NCBI GenBank assembly: GCA_964464475.1
Contig: CAYXGG010000002.1
Span: 93,455-157,454 of the forward strand
Reading direction: 5' to 3'
DNA: 64,000 nucleotides
Source: an uncultured Planctomycetales bacterium
Lineage (GTDB): Bacteria > Omnitrophota > Gorgyraeia > Zapsychrales > JAHFFX01
The notes below the pieces were generated by a model, which was not told the DNA's origin, did no database searches, and saw only the letters and a list, made by a program, of their open reading frames with translations. Shown piece after piece: positions 57,818 to 64,000 of this stretch. A program made the translations under genes and the position numbers. Every line of letters starts with the position of its first letter. Position 1 is the stretch's first letter.

Positions 57818-58804
57818 TTAGGTCACCGGACAACTATTGAGCTGTTTGCCCATCAATTTCTCAAAATGTGGTTTTAATGTGCTTAATATAAAATCATGCG
57901 CCGGATAACATTCTTTTAAAGTCGGCAGCGCGCACATTCCTTTAAACAAAATATCCGTCGCGATTTCCCGTGTTGTACGACTCACCACCCAATTCCCGTC
58001 GATAGGAATCTGCTGCCATTTCCAGCCGGCCTCTTCCAAACTCTGATAGGCATTTTCGTGGATATGATCAACCATAAAACGTCCGCGTGGAGTGATAACG
58101 TTCATGATGTCCGGTGTTTTGTGCGCGCCCGAAAAAGACATCAACAGATGACTACCCTTTTCGGTATAGCCGGTAATAATCCCGCTTAAATCAAACAAAT
58201 CTTTCCCGCGCTTCGAGGGATGCAGCGCCGGTTCAATCTGAGCGCGGGCGAGTTTGATTTCGGAACTGCCATCAAAATGCAAAAACAAATCCGCCACGTG
58301 CACGCCATACGTCGCGAGGCCATGGTTACCGCCCACGTCGCTTAAAATGACCGGGTCCTCCGGACGAATCAGCCGTTTAATATATTGATCCACCGAAAAA
58401 GTCCGTGTCTGACAGTTGACCCAAGCTCGAATACCGTGCTGTTCACTAAATCGTACCAAATCCTGATATTCTCCCAGAGAGGGCGTCACAATTTTCTCAA
58501 TCATAAAAATCCGATAGCAGAGATCCTGAGCAATTTTCTTAAATAAAGGACCGCGTCCTTGCGCCTGAGTGGCCATGAGACACAAATCTCCCCCCACCGG
58601 AATTTTACTCATATCATCAAACCAACTCAGACGAATATTCGGATTAGCGTCGGCGACTTCCCGGACCCGAAATTGCCCCAGCTCAAGAGAAGCGGGATTG
58701 GGATCTAACACAAAAATTTCCGCGACGTCTTTGAGAGCGACCAAAGCCTGCAAATGCCGGCTCCCCAACTGACCGCACCCCACTAATAAAATACGCTTTG
58801 ACAT
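57818..58804 (-). CDS. NAD(P)-binding Rossmann oxidoreductase (Gfo/Idh/MocA-like)
   Basis: MSKRILLVGCGQLGSRHLQAL. The ATG at 58802-58804 has a GAAGGGG ribosome-binding site. The ORF's upstream TTG-start extension was rejected. Confidence 0.55.
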   Translation of the reverse strand: MSKRILLVGCGQLGSRHLQALVALKDVAEIFVLDPNPASLELGQFRVREVADANPNIRLSWFDDMSKIPVGGDLCLMATQAQGRGPLFKKIAQDLCYRIFMIEKIVTPSLGEYQDLVRFSEQHGIRAWVNCQTRTFSVDQYIKRLIRPEDPVILSDVGGNHGLATYGVHVADLFLHFDGSSEIKLARAQIEPALHPSKRGKDLFDLSGIITGYTEKGSHLLMSFSGAHKTPDIMNVITPRGRFMVDHIHENAYQSLEEAGWKWQQIPIDGNWVVSRTTREIATDILFKGMCALPTLKECYPAHDFILSTLKPHFEKLMGKQLNSCPVT

Positions 58805-58814
58805 GTTGACCCCT

Positions 58815-59612
58815 TCATCGTTGTGTAACAAAAGTTGCGACGAGCTTGGAACTATCCCTTTGCTGCAATTGTTCAACCAACGCTCTGGGCGCAGGAAGCC
58901 GATGCAAATATTCCTGAACCACCGCGTCGGTAAAATCCTTTTTGCGCGTGTAACGCAGCTGACGTGTTTTATCCTGCGCTACCGGCGTCAGTCGTGATAA
59001 TTCACCGCTAACCCATTTGCTAATAAGTCCCTGCTGAGCACTGCGCACAGCCAGCATCCCTAAGTCAAAAGGATTCTCTGCAATCGGCGGCAACGCGTGA
59101 AACAAAATCGGTCCCGAATCCAAACCTTTAGTCAGGCGATGGATTGTGGCGCCGACATAATCAAATCTGCGATCAAAGCCAGCCCAAAAATTACAAGAAT
59201 TTCCTCGGTAAAAAGGCGACACGCCCATATGCAGGTTCACTGCCTGGCGCTCTACCAAGAAATCAGCCAGCGGACCTTGAATAAAACTCGCACCAAAGAC
59301 TACATAGCCATCGGCCTTCAGCGCCGGCTCCAAATCCTCCATTGCAACCCGACTCAAATCACCCGAACGCAGCACTAACGAGCGTACCGCTTCGGGCAAA
59401 AATCGCGGTCGACCGAAAATCTTCTCTTCCGCCGCCATGACTTTAGTAAAATATTCACGCATGACCGGCGAGTCCGGATAAAAGTCCGCCATTTTTCCGG
59501 GAAAAATAGTCGTTGATTCAATCACTGCAAAAACCGAAATTGAATGTTGCATCAATAACTCAATGAACGCTAGGTGCCGCGGTTGATTTGACGTAAAAAC
59601 AGTAACGTTCAC
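58815..59612 (-). CDS. formyltransferase-family protein (Fmt/ArnA-N-like)
   Basis: NLHMGVSPFYRGNSCNFWA resembles the formyl_trans_N N-x-H-x-S-L-L-P-x-y-R-G motif. Confidence 0.6.
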   Translation of the reverse strand: MNVTVFTSNQPRHLAFIELLMQHSISVFAVIESTTIFPGKMADFYPDSPVMREYFTKVMAAEEKIFGRPRFLPEAVRSLVLRSGDLSRVAMEDLEPALKADGYVVFGASFIQGPLADFLVERQAVNLHMGVSPFYRGNSCNFWAGFDRRFDYVGATIHRLTKGLDSGPILFHALPPIAENPFDLGMLAVRSAQQGLISKWVSGELSRLTPVAQDKTRQLRYTRKKDFTDAVVQEYLHRLPAPRALVEQLQQRDSSKLVATFVTQR

Positions 59613-60619
59613 TATTTAATCTCTTTAATCAAATACGCGTGATCTAATCTTGGAAACTCTAACGCGGAATGTTTGACTTTCGCCATATTGGAACAAAAAC
59701 CTACCTGTATCCCCATCTTTTTTAAAATATCCAATGTTTGTTCATTGTAAGAATTACACGGATGCGACATGACCACGATGTCATCCTCAATCAACTGCTG
59801 AAGAATCCGATGGTTTTGATTATATTCCGCTTCCTGGGTGATACGGCTTAGCTCGCCCATGTTGTAGGGATGCGAATGGCTATGCAAACCAATTAAATGG
59901 CCGTGCTTCTTTAAATCTCTTAGGCAGGCCCCGTCCATCCAAAGAATATCCGCCACCGCCTCTTCATCAAACCCATGATCTGCCATCATCGCGTCCATCA
60001 GGCGACAATAATTATCTTTCCCCAAAATCCGATCTCGCACGTAGCGAAAACGTTTATCAGATCGGGAGTAAAACGTGAAATCTTTCAGGTACGCTTCCGG
60101 GTCAAACTGCTTCAGCCCGCGCGTACACGCTTCCTTAAACGTCGAATGCGCAACGGCCTGATCAAAAGCCTGATAAAATTCTTCAATGTCCGCAAATTCT
60201 TTAGTACGAAAATAACGATACATTTCTATTTTCTCAAAATTATGTACTAATGGTGCCGTATAAATGAGCCAAAAAGCTTTGATGCCCAATTTCTCCAGAA
60301 CAGGAAAAGCGACGTCATACTGACAACGTAAAGAATCATCAAAGGTCAAACAAACATCCTTGGGCGATAACGCATGCTGGCAAGCCCGCTTGAGCCATTC
60401 CTCGGCGGAAAGCACATTATGCGTTTTTTGATAAAACTTTATCATTGCCGTTAATTCAGCGGCATTGATAGAACCCTGAGAAACGATATGTTTATGGGCA
60501 TCATGAAAGTGGTGAAACATCAACCCATGCGCCATCAAGGGACGATGATCCGTTCGTTTGATCATGGTAGGCTCCGGCAAAACCAAGGTCCGCTGCGAAA
60601 AATCAGGCAATTTAGACAT
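59612..60619 (-). CDS. polysaccharide deacetylase (CE4/NodB-fold; ArnD-like deformylase candidate)
   Basis: LTFDDSLRCQYD is the CE4 motif 1 (TFDD). Start at MSKLPDF. Confidence 0.7.
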   Translation of the reverse strand: MSKLPDFSQRTLVLPEPTMIKRTDHRPLMAHGLMFHHFHDAHKHIVSQGSINAAELTAMIKFYQKTHNVLSAEEWLKRACQHALSPKDVCLTFDDSLRCQYDVAFPVLEKLGIKAFWLIYTAPLVHNFEKIEMYRYFRTKEFADIEEFYQAFDQAVAHSTFKEACTRGLKQFDPEAYLKDFTFYSRSDKRFRYVRDRILGKDNYCRLMDAMMADHGFDEEAVADILWMDGACLRDLKKHGHLIGLHSHSHPYNMGELSRITQEAEYNQNHRILQQLIEDDIVVMSHPCNSYNEQTLDILKKMGIQVGFCSNMAKVKHSALEFPRLDHAYLIKEIK

Positions 60620-61586
60620 TATATTTTTCCGTTTTATAAAGATGGGTTTGTTGTCGAACAAATTGGATGGTTGCTTTTAACCCCTGACTCAAATCGGTGG
60701 CTGGTTTCCAGTTAGTGTGCGAAAGCGCACGCGTGTTGTCGCACAACAAACGTTCCACTTCGCTGTTGGAGGGACGAATACGTTCGCGCGAAGATGCGAT
60801 GGTAATCTTCGCTTTCATCAACGCGGCAATTTTTAACGCCAGTTCACCGATAGCGATCTCCTGACCGCTTCCTAAATTCGTGGCTTGCCCCTCTAAACCT
60901 TTGGCCTGCGCGACCGCTAAAATACCTGCCGCGGTGTCCGTGACAAAAGTTAAATCCCTGGTTGGCGTCACATTACCTAGCGTGATCTTGCGTTTACCCG
61001 ACGCAATTTGGGAGATGATTGTCGGAATGATAGCCCGTGCTGACTGCCGGGGGCCATAGGTATTAAAGGGACGCACGATTTTGACAGGTAATCCGAATGA
61101 CCGATAAAAACTGATCCCTAACTGATCTGCGGCAATCTTGGACGCGGCATAAGGAGACTGTCCCACGGACGGATGTTCTTCGTTAATAGGCACGTACTGC
61201 GCAGTGCCATAGGTTTCGCTGGTCGAAGTCAATACAATGGTTTTTAACGACTGCTCCCGCGCAGACTGAAGCACGTTATAAGTGCCTTCAATGTTAGTTT
61301 TGATGTACGCGAGCGGGGAAAGATAAGAATATGGAATTCCAATTAACGCCGCTAAGTGCAACACGGCATCACAGCCTTGAGTCGCGGCAAATACCGAATC
61401 AAAATCACGAATGTCTCCGGCGATGACTTCGATTTTACTTCTAGCTGGCGATTGCTCAAGCCAGCCCCAGGAGCCGCCGGAATTATAATGTGTGAACGCG
61501 CGCACCCTGAGCCCTCGGGCAACGCACAACTCCACCAAATGCGACCCGATAAATCCTCCTGCGCCGGTGATCAACACTTTCTTCAT
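60612..61586 (-). CDS. extended-SDR UDP-glucuronate decarboxylase-like enzyme (UXS/ArnA-C family)
   Basis: VLITGAGGFIGSHL, LTSTSETYG (the UXS/ArnA STSEVYG motif) and YAASKIAAD. ATGA overlap with the upstream gene. Confidence 0.7.
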   Translation of the reverse strand: MKKVLITGAGGFIGSHLVELCVARGLRVRAFTHYNSGGSWGWLEQSPARSKIEVIAGDIRDFDSVFAATQGCDAVLHLAALIGIPYSYLSPLAYIKTNIEGTYNVLQSAREQSLKTIVLTSTSETYGTAQYVPINEEHPSVGQSPYAASKIAADQLGISFYRSFGLPVKIVRPFNTYGPRQSARAIIPTIISQIASGKRKITLGNVTPTRDLTFVTDTAAGILAVAQAKGLEGQATNLGSGQEIAIGELALKIAALMKAKITIASSRERIRPSNSEVERLLCDNTRALSHTNWKPATDLSQGLKATIQFVRQQTHLYKTEKYNV

Positions 61587-62398
61587 ATCAGTCCCCTCTT
61601 CCAAGACTTATCACTGTACACATTCAAATTTTTCTTAACCGACTTCAAGGTATCTTCCCGTTCAATCAACAAACCCGCGCAAAGCTGATGTCCGGCCTCT
61701 GTCAGATGATGACCATCGGTCTCATCAATATAAGTTTCCAACGGCTCTGGAGCATCTTTAATGTGCTGATAAAGATCAATCACGAGCACATTCTTTACTT
61801 CCTGATCCTTGTGCGCGGTTTTTAGAATTTGGTTAAACAGTTCAATACTCGCGGTAAATCCCGGAGAGTGCTGCTCTACTTTATCTAAGGTGGGGATAAT
61901 CGTCAGCACATAAATTCGCGTGAAGTCTTGACTCGCTTGCTTGATCCATTGTGCATATATGTTCCGAAACTTCTTTGGGGAGGTGACTCGAAAACGAAAC
62001 CCCGCTTTAATAAGAAAGGGGCGATTATGATGCAAAAACCGCACTATCGGCTGGCGTATGCTTAAGGGCAGTTTAGCGAGTATATTATTTTTAAACCACG
62101 TGGGCACCGGCCGAGGTGGTGCGTCAACAACGCCGACCTCCAAAATCATCACCCGATCCGCCTGGCGGTCAAAATAGTCTCGGTCTTTTTGATAAACGTT
62201 ATGCAACCCTTCAATATCAATGGCCCCCTGGGAACGATTATATAAATAGACTTTCTTTTCCGGATAGGTCGCTTCCATCCAAGTGCGATACAACTCTGGA
62301 TAAATTTTGGCGACCCCGATACCCCGCTCAATACGCGGCAAGCTTACCGAGTCACCATATACTTGAATTATGATTTGCTCGTGATCAGTGGGGAACAT
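61583..62398 (-). CDS. SGNH/GDSL-hydrolase-like protein
   Basis: N-terminal VYGDSVS (GDS block I) and C-terminal DGHHLTEAGH (DxxH block V). Confidence 0.55.
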   Translation of the reverse strand: MFPTDHEQIIIQVYGDSVSLPRIERGIGVAKIYPELYRTWMEATYPEKKVYLYNRSQGAIDIEGLHNVYQKDRDYFDRQADRVMILEVGVVDAPPRPVPTWFKNNILAKLPLSIRQPIVRFLHHNRPFLIKAGFRFRVTSPKKFRNIYAQWIKQASQDFTRIYVLTIIPTLDKVEQHSPGFTASIELFNQILKTAHKDQEVKNVLVIDLYQHIKDAPEPLETYIDETDGHHLTEAGHQLCAGLLIEREDTLKSVKKNLNVYSDKSWKRGLI

Positions 62399-63488
62399 AG
62401 GTTTTGATTTTTAGTTTCTTTTCTTCCGAAACGTTTTTGGTCACCGCTTCATAGACCGGCGCAAAATGAGTGTAATACACTGAGTTTTTATTGAGTAATG
62501 ACGCCAGCGAGGTCGGGGCCTGAGATACGACCGTCGAACGGACTGCTCGCCAGGCCGGCAATAACAGCTGGCGCGCGCCGGGAAAAGACTGTAGCGCGCG
62601 CCGGGCTTTCGTTTTGGGCTTCACTAACCCTAGTCCATGTAAATTCTGCAACTGGTGGTTCATCTCTTTACTCAGATGAAACCAAAAATATATTTTAACT
62701 ACCTGCCGGGCATCTTCCGCCGATAACCCATCCACGCGTTGCAATGCAGCCACCAAACTATCGGTAAATTGCTCTTGATCCGGATGCCACTCACGGCTGG
62801 TGACCCAGTCATAAATATCTTTTAAAATATTACGGCGATCATGCCCTTGACGAATGAGATACAGCGTTGTCAAATGCTTGATCTTCCCATAGCAAGCGGA
62901 CAGACAGCAGGGTAACAATTCCGCAGCGAACGCGGTGTCCCGCATGGCCTCCACAGGTCGCCACATCGACTTCCAGGCCTCGGTGCGATGCACGCTAAAC
63001 AACGCCACAAAATAATCGCTTAAAATATTTTTGAGCCGATCAGCGCCGGTGTCCCATTCCAATCCCTGCATTTTATAATGACCAATCTCTTTAAATTCTC
63101 CCGAACAGCCGCTTTGTTTCAGAAAGAAAATGATGGCCTGACCATTGGCGGCAGTATATTCCTTATTAACCTCCAAAAAGCTGATCGCCTGCTCAATCCC
63201 CTGAGTCGTAATAAAATCATCGTCTGGAACCAAAGTTGCATACGGCGTCTCCACCTCTTTATTTAACGTGAACACGGTGTGCGCGATGGATTGGCCCGGA
63301 AGATGCCGATAACGAATTCTTAATTTGCTGTCAAATTGTTTGACCACTTCACGCATCTTGCTGGCGCGGGCTTCATCGCTGGCATCACCGATCAATATGT
63401 CATGGCGATAGCCGGTAGCCGCGTAATAGTCCAACAAACGTTGCAAAAAATCAGAACGATTTAACGTTGGAATCAATAGCGTAATCAT
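62385..63488 (-). CDS. glycosyltransferase (GT2-like, TIGR00180-type)
   Basis: ITLLIPTLNRSDFL...ILIGDASDE...LVPDDD. Confidence 0.55.
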   Translation of the reverse strand: MITLLIPTLNRSDFLQRLLDYYAATGYRHDILIGDASDEARASKMREVVKQFDSKLRIRYRHLPGQSIAHTVFTLNKEVETPYATLVPDDDFITTQGIEQAISFLEVNKEYTAANGQAIIFFLKQSGCSGEFKEIGHYKMQGLEWDTGADRLKNILSDYFVALFSVHRTEAWKSMWRPVEAMRDTAFAAELLPCCLSACYGKIKHLTTLYLIRQGHDRRNILKDIYDWVTSREWHPDQEQFTDSLVAALQRVDGLSAEDARQVVKIYFWFHLSKEMNHQLQNLHGLGLVKPKTKARRALQSFPGARQLLLPAWRAVRSTVVSQAPTSLASLLNKNSVYYTHFAPVYEAVTKNVSEEKKLKIKTYVPH

Positions 63489-64000
63489 CGCGCTACTCCC
63501 GCCGAGCTCTCTGCCACCGGATCAAGGTTTTGCATTTGGACCAACTTTTTATAATGTCCTCCTAAAGCCAGTAGTTGGGCCGGCGCTCCCTGCTCTACAA
63601 TCCGTCCCTGATCCATCACAATTAATAAATCTGAATCCATCACGGTTGACAATCGGTGCGCGATAGTGATAACCGTTTTCCCGGCGCCGACTTCTTTCAG
63701 GGCCAATTGCACAATTTCTTCTGATTCCGAGTCTAACGCCGAGGTGGCCTCATCCAGCAACAAGATGGGTGGATCCCCCAGAATGGCTCTAGCCAGAGCA
63801 ATCCGCTGCCGTTGACCGCCGGAGAGCTTTAATCCCCGTTCACCGATTAGCGTCTCATACCCTTGCGGCAACTGCGTGATAAAATCGTGCGCGTGCGCAC
63901 GACGACTCGCGCGCTCAATGACCTCCTGAGTGACTTCTGGCTTTGCAAACGCAATGTTTGCCCGAATGGAATCATTAAAAAGAAAAATGTCCTGAGTCAC
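63485..64000 (-). CDS. ABC exporter ATP-binding domain (MsbA-like permease-ATPase fusion), 5' part beyond window
   Basis: LSGGQRQRIALARAIL, LLLDEATSALD and the H-loop TVITIAHRLST. Confidence 0.8.
   Translation of the reverse strand: MTQDIFLFNDSIRANIAFAKPEVTQEVIERASRRAHAHDFITQLPQGYETLIGERGLKLSGGQRQRIALARAILGDPPILLLDEATSALDSESEEIVQLALKEVGAGKTVITIAHRLSTVMDSDLLIVMDQGRIVEQGAPAQLLALGGHYKKLVQMQNLDPVAESSAGVAR

Noticed and set aside
1-64000. CRISPR arrays, rRNA/tRNA genes, transposases/integrases, toxin-antitoxin or defence-system hallmarks
   Set aside because: No regularly spaced direct repeats, no GTTCGAATC-type T-loops in intergenic regions, and no transposase, integrase, nuclease or helicase-like translations in any frame. 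Nearly all space is occupied by metabolic or glycan genes.

Overview
The window has three parts. (1) Positions 1-8877 carry one co-directional minus-strand block: pgk - tpiA - secG - an Opp/Dpp-type peptide ABC importer (SBP, permease, TPR lipoprotein, permease, ATPase, ATPase). Genes overlap at stop/start codons, and a consensus sigma70-like promoter lies upstream of pgk. (2) Positions 9017-35823 (minus strand), 36255-36722 (plus strand) and 36719-64000 (minus strand) form a surface-glycan (O-antigen/capsule/LPS-like) biosynthesis island of about 55 kb. It contains the following modules. An initiating phosphoglycosyltransferase, a WecG/TagA-type transferase and GT2/GT4 glycosyltransferases. 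Four O-antigen-ligase/Wzy_C-family membrane proteins. dTDP-sugar genes (RmlA-like, RmlB, epimerase). A cassette at 25.6-35.8 kb that looks like a non-canonical ulosonic or higher-sugar acid pathway: KdsB-like CMP-transferase, HAD phosphatase fused to a methyltransferase-like domain, HpcH/HpaI aldolase, FSA/transaldolase, SIS isomerase, oxidoreductases and methyltransferases. Two large paralogous proteins with GT-B-type C-terminal motifs. An Arn-like module (ArnB/ArnC-like pair, ArnT-like GT-C, and separate formyltransferase, deacetylase and UXS-like decarboxylase genes, i.e. a split ArnA). A nonulosonic-acid module (NeuC/NeuB/NeuA-like, PglD-like acetyltransferase, DegT aminotransferase, CBS-nucleotidyltransferase) together with a WbpG-type N-acetyl-sugar amidotransferase and HisH/HisF paralogs, implying an acetamidino-substituted nonulosonate. 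(3) A single strand switch at 35824-36254 is a 431-nt divergent intergenic region dense in dyad symmetry, next to the only plus-strand gene (an SRPBCC protein). No rRNA, tRNA, CRISPR array or obvious mobile element was found. Product calls come from motif-level reading of the supplied translations; exact starts are approximate.
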